A DNA stretch of 64,000 nt, taken from positions 65,834 through 129,833 of the forward strand of contig JAWADY010000003.1 in assembly GCA_038891615.1 (NCBI GenBank), given 5' to 3'. Below the pieces are notes generated by a model. That model searched no databases. It worked only from the letters and a program-made list of their open reading frames with translations, and was not told where the DNA came from. Positions 10,230-20,049 of the stretch are shown piece after piece. The stretch is from Candidatus Woesearchaeota archaeon. Its GTDB lineage: Archaea > Nanobdellota > Nanobdellia > Woesearchaeales > ARS49. Position numbers and translations under genes: made by a program. Each line of letters begins with the position of its first letter. Within the stretch, counting starts at the first letter, position 1.

Positions 10230-11168
10230 ATGGTCAAGCCAAGGATTTCGATTGTAATGCCTGCACACAACGAAAGAGCCAACATTCCCCTACTCTATGC
10301 TGAGTTAAAGTCGGTCCTCGATAAAATTGGCAAACCGTGGGAAATTATCTTAGTTGATGATGGAAGCAATGACGGAACCTTTTTTGAGGCAAAAGCTATA
10401 AATTTAAAAGACAAAAGGTTTAGGGTTGTTCGCTTCAGGAAAAATTTCGGCCAAACAGCTGCTCTTGATGCAGGGTTTAAAGCTGCAAAAGGAGAAATAA
10501 TTATCTCATTAGACGCTGATCTTCAAGACGATCCTTCAGAGATACCAAAATTCCTACAAAAACTTGATGAAGGTTGGGATGTTGTTTGTGGATGGAGATT
10601 CAAAAGGCACGACAGCATATCAAAGCGCCTTTTCTCAAGGCTTGCAAATCTTTTGCGAAGAATCTTTCTTGGTCCTGGAGTTCACGATGCTGGTTGTACT
10701 TTTAGGGCATACAGATCTGAAGCCTTAAAGAATTTAGCCCTTTTTGGAGAAATGCATCGCTATTTACCTTATTTATTGATGTGGAAGGGGTTTAAAGTTA
10801 CAGAAATAAAAATTAACCACAGACCTCGAAGGTTTGGAAAGACAAAGTATGGTTTAACAAGGCTTCCTAAGGGAATAATTGACATGTTCATTATGAAATT
10901 TTGGATGAATTACAGTGCAAGACCAGGGCATCTTTTCGGAGGGCTTGGTTTTTTTCTTGGCTTGATTGGTCTACTAATTGGTGGCTGGCTCGTCACAGAG
11001 AAGGCGCTTTTTGGCTCACAGCTTGCAAATAGACCGCTGCTTCTTCTTTCTGTTCTTCTTGTTGTGCTTGGGGCTCAGTTCTTCTTATTTGGAGTTCTGG
11101 CAGACATATTGGTAAAAATTTATTATAAAAACTTGACACCTTATGAAATTGAGAAGGTGCTCAAATAA
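10230..11168 (+). CDS. GT2 dolichol-phosphate glycosyltransferase with C-terminal TM helices (AglJ/AglD-like).
   Basis: ISIVMPAHNE...VDDGSNDGT...DADLQDDP motifs plus two C-terminal TM helices, as in DPM/DPG synthases. Confidence 0.8.
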   Translation: MVKPRISIVMPAHNERANIPLLYAELKSVLDKIGKPWEIILVDDGSNDGTFFEAKAINLKDKRFRVVRFRKNFGQTAALDAGFKAAKGEIIISLDADLQDDPSEIPKFLQKLDEGWDVVCGWRFKRHDSISKRLFSRLANLLRRIFLGPGVHDAGCTFRAYRSEALKNLALFGEMHRYLPYLLMWKGFKVTEIKINHRPRRFGKTKYGLTRLPKGIIDMFIMKFWMNYSARPGHLFGGLGFFLGLIGLLIGGWLVTEKALFGSQLANRPLLLLSVLLVVLGAQFFLFGVLADILVKIYYKNLTPYEIEKVLK

Positions 11169-11253
11169 GTGAGTCAAAAAATTTTTCTCTCCAACAGCCC
11201 TTTTCTATTTGAAAAGGATTGTGATTGTTTTTGGTACGAAAAGGCATTTTTCG

Positions 11254-12039
11254 CTACTTTTTGATTGCTTTTACCATCACTCCTCCTTTTTTTGTAAAAG
11301 GACATAGCGCATCAAGCTGCATAATTGAATATATCGCAAAGAACGAAAGTTGTGCCAAAAAACTTGAGTCATACATCTCTTCTCTTGCTTTGCTAATCCT
11401 TTTGGCACCCAGAATTGCATAAAATACCTCATTTACAAGCCTGGAAAAGAAGCCATAGTATTCTATGTGCTTTGTCACTTCAAAACCATTTCTTTCAAGC
11501 AGAGCCTTTAGTTCTGGATAGCTGTAGCCAGCGCTCTTGTGGCCGATTGCCTTGAGATGTTCACTAAAGCTTATTCCAGTCAAAGACTTTGTAAGATAGT
11601 AAGGAGTTGGAACAGAGACTATAAATATTCCTCTTCTTTTAAGCACCCTTCTGATTTCACTAATTACCTTTTGGCTGTCATCCACGTGTTCGAGGACATC
11701 AAGACAGATAACTTGTGAAAATGATGAATCCTTGAAGGGTATTTTCTCTGCGTTAGCAAGAACAAATTTTATGTTTAATCCACACGCTTGGGCTGCTTTT
11801 TTTGCATATTCTAAACTTCTTTTGTTTGTGTCAAGCCCAACAACCTCAATTCCAAGTTTTGCTAGTTCTCTGCAAAATGCACCCTCGCCACAGCCAACGT
11901 CAAGCGTTTTGCTTTTCTTTTCAACCAATTTAAAGAAATGTTTTGCCCTCAGTCGACCGCTTGGATGCGGCAGCCCAACTATTTTAAACAAAAAATCTTT
12001 TAGCTTGTTCTTTTGTGGAAAATAACCAAATGCCACCAT
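11254..12039 (-). CDS. Class I SAM-dependent methyltransferase.
   Basis: LDVGCGEGAFCRELAKLGIEVVGLD motif I and a downstream acidic motif II. Confidence 0.7.
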   Translation of the reverse strand: MVAFGYFPQKNKLKDFLFKIVGLPHPSGRLRAKHFFKLVEKKSKTLDVGCGEGAFCRELAKLGIEVVGLDTNKRSLEYAKKAAQACGLNIKFVLANAEKIPFKDSSFSQVICLDVLEHVDDSQKVISEIRRVLKRRGIFIVSVPTPYYLTKSLTGISFSEHLKAIGHKSAGYSYPELKALLERNGFEVTKHIEYYGFFSRLVNEVFYAILGAKRISKAREEMYDSSFLAQLSFFAIYSIMQLDALCPFTKKGGVMVKAIKK

Positions 12040-13728
12040 TTATTCAAAATTTATATACCAAATGATTACTTTTCCTCGCGTTAGTTCATATTCCTTTCTG
12101 TTAGGTTGCCTGTTTTTGAGCATATCATTCAGCAGACTTTCGTTAAAGCTTCCTCCTTTCTTCATTAGGAAATAAAGAGGAACATTTCCTTGTTGAGTTT
12201 GCTGAAATGCTAGTTGCGCCAAACCATAGCTCTCTTTTATCTTATCCCACAACTCGCTTTTTTGCATTATTGAAAATCCCCACTGATAAATAAACAACCA
12301 TCTTGCTCCATTTGCTTCTTTATCCGCAAGCTCTTGTGCATCTTTTGGCAGCTTGAATCCTTTTCTGTCAGCATACCACATCAAACCGTAACCTTGACCG
12401 CTTGAGTGCATTATTTTGTCACCAGGCTTTGAATGCTCGTTTATGTAACTTCCTGCAACGTCAAGACCAAGAAACTGAGTATCAAACAAACGGTTCTTCG
12501 CAGTCACTTCGCCTTCAACAATTCCAAACCCAAAATAAAGTAGTCCTGCAAGCGCAATAATTCCAACTGCTTTGAGGAACTTTATTTTGAAAAGGCTTGT
12601 TATGCTCGATGTTATCCCTATAATTGCCATAGACTCGAGAAGCACAAAAACTGGTGAAGCTGGAAATTGATGATATGCGTGCCCTTCGAGGTATTTTGCG
12701 CTTATTATAAGCCAAGGGATTATGCTCAATACAAAACCAAAAAGGAATTTGTTTCCATCACTTTTGTTTTTCAGATAAAAAAATATGAGAAAGAGCAAAC
12801 CCATTCCTGCGAGCAAAACTCCGAACATTGTGTAGTTGTCGCGCAAATAGGCTATTATTGGCTTCCACCATTCTGAATTAAGCAAAAGCGATGGTTTCAT
12901 TCCTTCTGGAACAATAGGTACACCTAGAGCCTTTCCTAAGGCTTTGTTGTAAATGAGCCACGCAGGAATAAGTAAGAGCACGAGTCCTCCAACTAAGAAC
13001 TGTTTCCAATACTGCTTTTCAACAAACCTTTTGTAAGGAAACATGACAAGCATTGGGAAAATAATTGTAAAGTGGTCGTATCTAGATACGAATCCAATTG
13101 TAAAAGTGCTTGTTGTAAGCAACATGTTTTTCATGTTTGGATTTTCTTTCCAACAAAGGAAAAAATATCCTGATACAAGCATAAAGAACATCGCGTAAGG
13201 CTCCAACTGCACTTGCCTTCCAAAGAAAACGAACAAAGGCAAAGTGGCTGTAATAAAAGCAGCAACGAGAGCAAAATCCTCGCGTTTGAAAAGCCTTCTA
13301 ACAAGCACATACATTACGACAATTGTTGCCACACTGAAAAGTACACTAGAGAGCCTTGCAACCCTAAGGCTTTGTCCAAAAATTTTGAATAGGCCTGCCA
13401 CTACAATTGAAGTTAGCGGGAATGAATCTGGATGTTCGCCATATTTTCCTTCAGTTCCTTGGTAATAATCGTATTCCGGGACAAAAATGCCGTGCTTGAA
13501 GAACCCATCTCTTGCAAAATTCCTGGCTTCGGTCAGATAATGTGTTTCCTTCCAGTTATGATAGCCGATGACAGGATAATCAATGTGATAGCTTCTAAGG
13601 TAAAAGCCAAATATGATTATTAAACAGAGAAGAATCAAGTTCCACCGCCTCTTTAGAAAATTGGACGCAACACTATATTGTGGTTCAATTGCACGCCCTT
13701 CTTCCATGCAAAAGACTTGAAGCATCAT
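12040..13728 (-). CDS. GT-C fold membrane glycosyltransferase (PMT_2/ArnT-like, dolichyl-phosphate-sugar dependent).
   Basis: 562 aa with about 11 TM helices. The first extracytoplasmic loop (YHIDYPVIGYHNWKETHYLTEARNF) resembles the ArnT/PMT family, and a C-terminal soluble domain follows. Confidence 0.65.
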   Translation of the reverse strand: MMLQVFCMEEGRAIEPQYSVASNFLKRRWNLILLCLIIIFGFYLRSYHIDYPVIGYHNWKETHYLTEARNFARDGFFKHGIFVPEYDYYQGTEGKYGEHPDSFPLTSIVVAGLFKIFGQSLRVARLSSVLFSVATIVVMYVLVRRLFKREDFALVAAFITATLPLFVFFGRQVQLEPYAMFFMLVSGYFFLCWKENPNMKNMLLTTSTFTIGFVSRYDHFTIIFPMLVMFPYKRFVEKQYWKQFLVGGLVLLLIPAWLIYNKALGKALGVPIVPEGMKPSLLLNSEWWKPIIAYLRDNYTMFGVLLAGMGLLFLIFFYLKNKSDGNKFLFGFVLSIIPWLIISAKYLEGHAYHQFPASPVFVLLESMAIIGITSSITSLFKIKFLKAVGIIALAGLLYFGFGIVEGEVTAKNRLFDTQFLGLDVAGSYINEHSKPGDKIMHSSGQGYGLMWYADRKGFKLPKDAQELADKEANGARWLFIYQWGFSIMQKSELWDKIKESYGLAQLAFQQTQQGNVPLYFLMKKGGSFNESLLNDMLKNRQPNRKEYELTRGKVIIWYINFE

Positions 13729-13760
13729 ATTTATAAACTTTCTTAGGGTTACAAAAATGA

Positions 13761-14483
13761 ATGGCTAAAAAAAAGAACATTTGGCTTTCGGTTATAATTC
13801 CTGCTTATAACGAAGAAAAAAGAATTGGCAATACACTAAAGAGGATTAGTAGTTTCTTAGATAAAAAGAAGTTTAGCTATGAAATATTGGTTGTTAATGA
13901 TGGTAGCAGTGACAAGACACTAGATGTTGCTTGCAGGTTCAAAAATGTCAAGGTAATAAGTTACGATAAGAATAGAGGTAAAGGCTATGCTGTAAGAAAA
14001 GGAATGCTGGCTGCAAGGGGCGACTTGCTTTTGTTCTCAGATGCAGACCTCTCTACGCCAATAGAAGAGCTTGACAGATTTTTGAGGTTTATTGATGCTT
14101 ATGACATCGTGATCGCTTCGAGGGCTTTGAAAGGTGCTAATATAAAACTGCGCCAACCATTTTATAGGGAATTTATTGGCAAGCTGTTTAATGCTCTTGT
14201 TCAGTTGCTTGTCTTACGTGGAATCAAAGATACGCAATGCGGATTCAAGCTTTTCACAAGGTCTGCCGCAAAGAAAATATTCTCAAAGCAATGCATTAAT
14301 GGATTTGGTTTTGATGTCGAGGTGTTGTATCTTGCAAGGAAATATAACCTCAAGATAAAGGAACTTCCTGTAACCTGGGTAAACTCTGCTGATAGCAAAG
14401 TAAGGCTTGTTCGTGATGCGATTAGGATGTTGCGCGATATGCTACAAATAAAACTCAACGATATGTGGGGGAAATACAATTAA
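13761..14483 (+). CDS. GT2 dolichol-phosphate glycosyltransferase.
   Basis: VIIPAYNEEKRI...VVNDGSSD...SDADLSTP motifs. Confidence 0.8.
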   Translation: MAKKKNIWLSVIIPAYNEEKRIGNTLKRISSFLDKKKFSYEILVVNDGSSDKTLDVACRFKNVKVISYDKNRGKGYAVRKGMLAARGDLLLFSDADLSTPIEELDRFLRFIDAYDIVIASRALKGANIKLRQPFYREFIGKLFNALVQLLVLRGIKDTQCGFKLFTRSAAKKIFSKQCINGFGFDVEVLYLARKYNLKIKELPVTWVNSADSKVRLVRDAIRMLRDMLQIKLNDMWGKYN

Positions 14484-14484
14484 A

Positions 14485-16116
14485 ATGAAGCTAAAGATTG
14501 AATGGTTTGTTTTTGCTTTTTTTATTCTTGCAGTTGTTTTTTATCTAGGCCTTGATAAGCTGCCATTGAGCCACCCAGGTAACATAAAAGCGGCAGATCC
14601 ATTCTACCATACACTTATGGTCGATGTTATTCTTGAAACAAAACAATGGAAATACTATCCTTACTATATCTCGTATGGGCAGGAACGCGCAATTAATCAG
14701 CAACCACCACTACTTTACATGTTGTCAGCGGCAATTTCATCAGTAACCAACTTACCGAGCTGGACAGTCATTTATTTTTTTGTTTGCCTTGCAGCTGCGA
14801 TTTGTGTTGTTTTGGTCTATTTGATAACAAAAGAGATTTTCTCTAACTCGAGCATTGCATTGATTGCATCAGCATTTGCACTCTTGCCGTTACCAATCAG
14901 GGTTTGGCTTTATGGGATTTATATTGGCTTTTGGATTCAGGTCGTCGCATTTGTTTTTGTTCTTGCTTTTTTCTGGCTTTTCATAAAGTGGCTAAAGGAA
15001 AACAAAAATTGGCAACTTTTTGGAATGTCAATAAGTACGGCAGCAGTCATGCTAAGCCATCCACAGGACCTTCTTCTTTTAGCGCTTCCTTCTCTTTTTA
15101 TCATATATAGAATATTCAAGCTGCATGGATTTAAAGAAAAAGTTACAAATGTGCTAAGCTTTGTCATTCCTTCTGGACTCACTTTTTCTATACTTTTGCC
15201 TTGGTTCCTTTATGTCTGGAGCAGTGGTGGCGGTGGCTATAAGCCCGGATTTTATGGAATCCGTGACATGTTTCCAAAAAGCTATCTGGGTGGTTTAACG
15301 ACCCCACACATATCCTTTCTTCCTGTGGGAGTACTAGTGCTTTTTGTAATAGGAGGGTTGCTTTTGCTGTTAAACTTCAAAAAGCAAAAGCTTTGGATAG
15401 GCTTAACTGCACACTACTTTTTTATGACATACTTTTTGCCTTATTTCCTTTACAGTCCGTATTATCTTGGACGTGCGAGAGCACTTGCAATATTTTTTGT
15501 ATTTCCAACTGTTGCTTATGCAATTTATTATGGCATTGCGATGCTGTCAAACAAGTTAAGAATAAGCAGCTTGCTCATCACGATTCCTGTCTGCATTTTA
15601 GTCATTGCCCTTGGTTTCCTTCAATACGGCGAGTTAACAGAAGCCTTGAGATATGAACACATAACAAAAGAGAAATGGGGTGCTTATAAATGGATTCAGC
15701 AGAACACTCCAAAAAACGCAACGATTTTTGTATTAGAAGGGGGATACCAGGCAAACGCAGTGATGATGAAAAGGAAAGCAGCAATTGTCGAGCTCGAAGA
15801 GTTTGTTTCTAAGATGCAAGAATATATAAATAATAACACCTTTCCTTTAACTTATAAGTTTTCCTGGGCAGCAGATACGCTTTGGGATTTTCCTGCGATG
15901 GCGGTTTCTCCTTTTAAGTTTGTAAAATGGGAAAAGGAGACGATACGCAAAGGAGGGTTTGCAAACATTTTAGATTTTGACTACATTTTTCTTCATGGCT
16001 GGAACATAGATATCGAGCAGTTAAATAAAAAAATTATAGAAAAATTAAGCGAGCACAATTATACGCAGGTTTATAATAAAGGAGGGATAATTATACTAGG
16101 TAAACATGGCGCTTAA
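14485..16116 (+). CDS. Polytopic membrane protein, putative second GT-C-like glycosyltransferase or glycan polymerase.
   Basis: 543 aa, at least 10 TM helices and a C-terminal soluble domain. It sits inside the glycosyltransferase cluster. No certain family motif. Confidence 0.4.
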   Translation: MKLKIEWFVFAFFILAVVFYLGLDKLPLSHPGNIKAADPFYHTLMVDVILETKQWKYYPYYISYGQERAINQQPPLLYMLSAAISSVTNLPSWTVIYFFVCLAAAICVVLVYLITKEIFSNSSIALIASAFALLPLPIRVWLYGIYIGFWIQVVAFVFVLAFFWLFIKWLKENKNWQLFGMSISTAAVMLSHPQDLLLLALPSLFIIYRIFKLHGFKEKVTNVLSFVIPSGLTFSILLPWFLYVWSSGGGGYKPGFYGIRDMFPKSYLGGLTTPHISFLPVGVLVLFVIGGLLLLLNFKKQKLWIGLTAHYFFMTYFLPYFLYSPYYLGRARALAIFFVFPTVAYAIYYGIAMLSNKLRISSLLITIPVCILVIALGFLQYGELTEALRYEHITKEKWGAYKWIQQNTPKNATIFVLEGGYQANAVMMKRKAAIVELEEFVSKMQEYINNNTFPLTYKFSWAADTLWDFPAMAVSPFKFVKWEKETIRKGGFANILDFDYIFLHGWNIDIEQLNKKIIEKLSEHNYTQVYNKGGIIILGKHGA

Positions 16117-16459
16117 GCTTTCTGGACTAACGGAACAAATAAGGCTAGTTTTAGCAGAAATAGTTTTAATTTTTATTGCAGGGCTTGTTTACATGAATTT
16201 CTTTGCTGCGGTTAAGTTGGCTTTTGCATTTACATTTCTGTTTTCTCTTCCAATGGCATTGTTGATTACGCTACTTAAAGGTCTTAATTTTATTGAAAAA
16301 TTTGTTTTAGCAAATCTTTTTGGAGCTGCTATTTTAGGAATAATCTATTTTCTTTTTGATGTTATTTTTAATATTCCACTCACTACATTTGTTTTTATAG
16401 GCACATCTGTTGTCTTCATTGCAGCATCAATACTTCTTTATGCAATAAAAAAGTCATAA
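16106..16459 (+). CDS. Small 4-TM membrane protein (hypothetical).
   Basis: 117 aa, entirely hydrophobic helices. Overlaps the end of the upstream gene by 11 nt. Confidence 0.35.
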   Translation: MALKLSGLTEQIRLVLAEIVLIFIAGLVYMNFFAAVKLAFAFTFLFSLPMALLITLLKGLNFIEKFVLANLFGAAILGIIYFLFDVIFNIPLTTFVFIGTSVVFIAASILLYAIKKS

Positions 16460-16498
16460 TTCACAACCTTTATAAAAATTCCATTGCCAGCTTGTTGA

Positions 16499-17779
16499 AT
16501 GCAAAAATTGAAAGTATTGCTTGTGGCAGAGCACTTCTGGCCTACGGTTGTTGGGGGTGGTGAGATAAGCTCTTTTTTGCTAGCTAAAGGATTAACCAAA
16601 AAGGGAATTGATGTTAGCGTGCTAACTTCGCGTTCAAACGAAGAGAAAAAAATAGAAGTTATTGGTAATGTAAAAATTTACAGGGTTGTTAAAAGTGGAA
16701 ACACAAACACCCTTGCTGGAAACCTCACAAGATTATCTTTCAAAGCCGAACTTGATAAGGCTCTCGAACACCATCTTTCAAGAAACGAAATTGATATCGT
16801 TCACGCTATGAGTGCAATGTGCATCCCCTCTGTCGCAAAATTGCAAAGCGTCACAAAAATTTGTCATGTAAACAGTCCGGTTGCGTTCTGTCCGAAAGGA
16901 AATCTAATAAGATACAGTAAAGAATGCCAATTAAAATGTACTCCATCTTATTTTCTGCCATGCCTCATGACTTCTGAAGAAATTGGTAGGATGAAAAACA
17001 TGGTGTGGATCAGATTCAATCCAATAGTTTGGAAAATAATTTGGGATAGATGGAAAGCAATACGTAATGCGCTACCAAAATTTGATCATTATACTCCAAT
17101 CTCAACTTTCATGCGCGATTGGCTACTTTGTTATGGCATAAGCAGTGAAAAAATAACAGTGCTACCAAACATCGTTGAAATAGAAAGATTCTCAAATTTA
17201 AAGCAAATGAAAAACAAAGTCCCAAAGATACTCTATATAGGAGCCTATCTCAGATCAAAAGGGGTGCATGTGCTCCTTCAGGCTTTGAAAAATATCCAAC
17301 TTCATTATGAGGCAAGTTTTTATGGAAGTGGAAACTTGAAAGAATGGATGCAGAATTTTGTTGAAGAGAATAAAATGCCAGTGAGAATAAATAATGAATG
17401 TGATTATTCAGATTTGCCACGGGTTTATTCAGAACACGACATTGTTGTCTTTCCGTCACTTGTGCCTGAAGGTCTTGGAAGAGTCGCACTTGAGGCTGCA
17501 GCCGCTGGAAAGGCTATTGTTGCTTCAAGGGTTGGCGGGATTGTTGATGTTGTTGAAAATGGTAAAACAGGACTGCTTGTTGAAGCAGGAAATGTTGAAG
17601 AGTTAAGTCGAGCAATTAACCTTTTACTCTCAAACAAATCGCTTTGCGCAAAATTTGGAAAGGCTGGACTTGCAAAGGCAAAGCGTGAATATTCAGAAAA
17701 AGCAGTTGTTGGCAAAGCAATTAAAATTTATAAAAAGGTTAAAAATGAAAGTCTTAATGCTAGGAATATACGACTTTGA
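16499..17779 (+). CDS. GT4 glycosyltransferase carrying a Cys-rich insertion.
   Basis: LLVAEHFWPTVVGGGE N-terminus and EGLGRVALEAAAAGKAIVASRVGG motif. Insert CHVNSPVAFCPKGNLIRYSKECQLKCTPSYFLPC. Confidence 0.8.
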   Translation: MQKLKVLLVAEHFWPTVVGGGEISSFLLAKGLTKKGIDVSVLTSRSNEEKKIEVIGNVKIYRVVKSGNTNTLAGNLTRLSFKAELDKALEHHLSRNEIDIVHAMSAMCIPSVAKLQSVTKICHVNSPVAFCPKGNLIRYSKECQLKCTPSYFLPCLMTSEEIGRMKNMVWIRFNPIVWKIIWDRWKAIRNALPKFDHYTPISTFMRDWLLCYGISSEKITVLPNIVEIERFSNLKQMKNKVPKILYIGAYLRSKGVHVLLQALKNIQLHYEASFYGSGNLKEWMQNFVEENKMPVRINNECDYSDLPRVYSEHDIVVFPSLVPEGLGRVALEAAAAGKAIVASRVGGIVDVVENGKTGLLVEAGNVEELSRAINLLLSNKSLCAKFGKAGLAKAKREYSEKAVVGKAIKIYKKVKNESLNARNIRL

Positions 17780-18797
17780 AAAATACCCAAGAGGTAGAGT
17801 GCTCTATAAAGGGCTAAAGAAAAATGGTATCTTAGTGGACCTTTTTCTTCCAAAAGGTCCTGGTTTATTAAAATATGCAAAAATAGCAAGGCGAATTTTA
17901 AGCATTGACTATGATTACCTACTTGTTACTGGAAAAATCTCCTTGATGATTGCTGTTCTCCTCAAGCCAATTCACAGAAAACCTATTATTTTTGATGCCT
18001 TTATTTCTGATTACGACACACTGGTTATTGATAGAAAACTTGTTAGAAAAGGTTCGATAAAAGCACAATTTCTCTGGTGGGGAGACAAATTGAGTTGCAC
18101 ACTTGCTGACCTAGTAATACTAGACACGCAGGAACACATTGATTATTTTGTCAGCGAGTTTGGTCTGCCAAAGGAAAAATTCAAAGCCATTTTGATTGGT
18201 GCAGATGATGACATCTTTGTACCAATGAAAAGAATGCAAAAAAGCAAAAAGTTTGTTGTTCTTTTCCATGGAACATTCATTCCACTTCAAGGAATCGAGC
18301 ACATAATAAAAGCTGCAAAACTTCTTGAAAAAGATGAGGATATCCTTTTTGAGCTTGTCGGTGATGGACAAACCTTCTCAGCAGCAAGAGCATTGGCAAA
18401 TGAATTAAAGGTAAAAAATGTTGTTTTTAGAGGAATGATGCAAATCCAAGAAATCCCAAAAAGAATTTCAAATGCAGATGTTTGTTTAGGAATTTTTGGA
18501 ACAACTCCAAAAGCATATAGGGTCATTCCGAATAAGTTTTACGAAGCAATCGCGATGGGAAAGCCAGTTATAACTGCAGACACGCCAGCAATTCGTAGGA
18601 TTTTTAAGAATGGTGAAAACTGTCTGCTGTGTGAGGCTGGAAGTGCACATTCCCTTGCCAAAGCAGTGGTTTTGCTTAAAAAAAATCCTTTATTAAGAAA
18701 AAAGATTGCAAACGCAGCCATAGCAAAATTTAAAAAAGAATGTAGTCCAAAAGTCATTGGACAAAACTTAATAAATTGTATTAAGGAGATGATTTAA
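17745..18797 (+). CDS. GT4-like glycosyltransferase (WbuB-like).
   Basis: Start placed at the ATG at 17745 (MKVLMLGIYDF). The track start at 17655 overlaps the upstream gene by 125 nt. C-terminal Glycos_transf_1-like pattern. Confidence 0.65.
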   Translation: MKVLMLGIYDFEKYPRGRVLYKGLKKNGILVDLFLPKGPGLLKYAKIARRILSIDYDYLLVTGKISLMIAVLLKPIHRKPIIFDAFISDYDTLVIDRKLVRKGSIKAQFLWWGDKLSCTLADLVILDTQEHIDYFVSEFGLPKEKFKAILIGADDDIFVPMKRMQKSKKFVVLFHGTFIPLQGIEHIIKAAKLLEKDEDILFELVGDGQTFSAARALANELKVKNVVFRGMMQIQEIPKRISNADVCLGIFGTTPKAYRVIPNKFYEAIAMGKPVITADTPAIRRIFKNGENCLLCEAGSAHSLAKAVVLLKKNPLLRKKIANAAIAKFKKECSPKVIGQNLINCIKEMI

Positions 18798-19913
18798 ATT
18801 AGATATAAAGTTTTAGTTATAGGCGGGGCAGGATTTATAGGCTCTTTTCTTGTCGACGAATTAATAAAGCAAGGCCATGATGTGACGATTTTTGATAACC
18901 TCGAACCACAAGTTCATAATGGAAAAATTCCATCCTATTTAAATAAAGAAGCAAAGTTTATTCAAGGTGATGTAAAAGATTATGAGGCGTTAAAAAAAGC
19001 TGTGACGGATATGGATGTAATTTTTCACCAGGCAGCTTCTGTTGGTGTAGGCCAGAGCATGTATCAAATAAAAAAATATGTTGAAAACAATTCGCTTGGT
19101 ACTGCAAACCTTCTTGACATTTTGGTAAATGCAAAGCATTCTGTAAAAAAACTTTTAGTTGCGTCATCAATGTCAATTTATGGGGAGGGGAGCTATTTGT
19201 GTGAAAATTGCGGAAATGTGAATCCAACTCTGAGGACTTCAGAACAACTTGCAAACAAAGATTGGGAATTGCATTGCCCAAGATGTTCATCAATCTTAAA
19301 AGCAATTCCAACAACTGAAAGAAAACCTTTGGAGTGTAATAGCATTTATGCTATAACAAAAAGGGACCAAGAAGAAATGGTTTTAAACATTGGAAAAGCT
19401 TACGGGATACCAACTGTTGCATTGAGATACTTTAATGTTTTTGGACCAAGACAAAGCTTGAGCAATCCGTATACTGGTGTTATGGCAATATTCTTAAGCA
19501 GAATAAAAAATGATAGACCTCCATTAATTTTTGAGGATGGAAAACAAAGTAGAGATTTTGTGTCGGTGCATGACATTGTTCAAGCAAATATTCTTGCAAT
19601 GAAACAAAGGGCAGCTGATTTTAATGTTTTTAATGTTGGGACTGGGAATCCTGTAACAATTAAGGATGTCGCTGAAAAGCTAATTGCCCTTTGTGGCAAA
19701 AAATTAGTTCCAGAAATAACCCAGTTATTTAGGAAAGGAGATATTAGGCACTGTTTTGCCGATATTACCAAAATAAAAGAAAAACTTGGGTTTGAGCCAA
19801 AGACAAATTTAGAAAATGGGCTGGTTGAGCTCGTCCAATGGTCGGCAGATGTTGAAGCAGAAGACAAAGTTGGTCAAGCAACGGCAGAATTAAAGACAAA
19901 AGGGCTTATTTGA
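18798..19913 (+). CDS. NAD-dependent sugar epimerase/dehydratase (extended SDR) with a CxxC...CxxC insertion.
   Basis: Rossmann motif KVLVIGGAGFIGSFLVDE is encoded upstream of the first ATG (18882), in frame, directly after the TAA stop of the upstream gene. Candidate ATT start at 18798 lies 9 nt after a GGAG Shine-Dalgarno. The extended-SDR YxxxK region is downstream. Confidence 0.7.
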   Translation: MRYKVLVIGGAGFIGSFLVDELIKQGHDVTIFDNLEPQVHNGKIPSYLNKEAKFIQGDVKDYEALKKAVTDMDVIFHQAASVGVGQSMYQIKKYVENNSLGTANLLDILVNAKHSVKKLLVASSMSIYGEGSYLCENCGNVNPTLRTSEQLANKDWELHCPRCSSILKAIPTTERKPLECNSIYAITKRDQEEMVLNIGKAYGIPTVALRYFNVFGPRQSLSNPYTGVMAIFLSRIKNDRPPLIFEDGKQSRDFVSVHDIVQANILAMKQRAADFNVFNVGTGNPVTIKDVAEKLIALCGKKLVPEITQLFRKGDIRHCFADITKIKEKLGFEPKTNLENGLVELVQWSADVEAEDKVGQATAELKTKGLI

Positions 19914-20049
19914 ACAAATTGCAAGAGGGCTGCATTTGAGATTCTTAAAACAGATTATCTTTAAGAAGAACAAACGATTAAAATCATGATGCGAAGTCTT
20001 GAGCTTTTTAATTCACAAACTTTAAAAATAAAATGATGATGTTTTTTTT

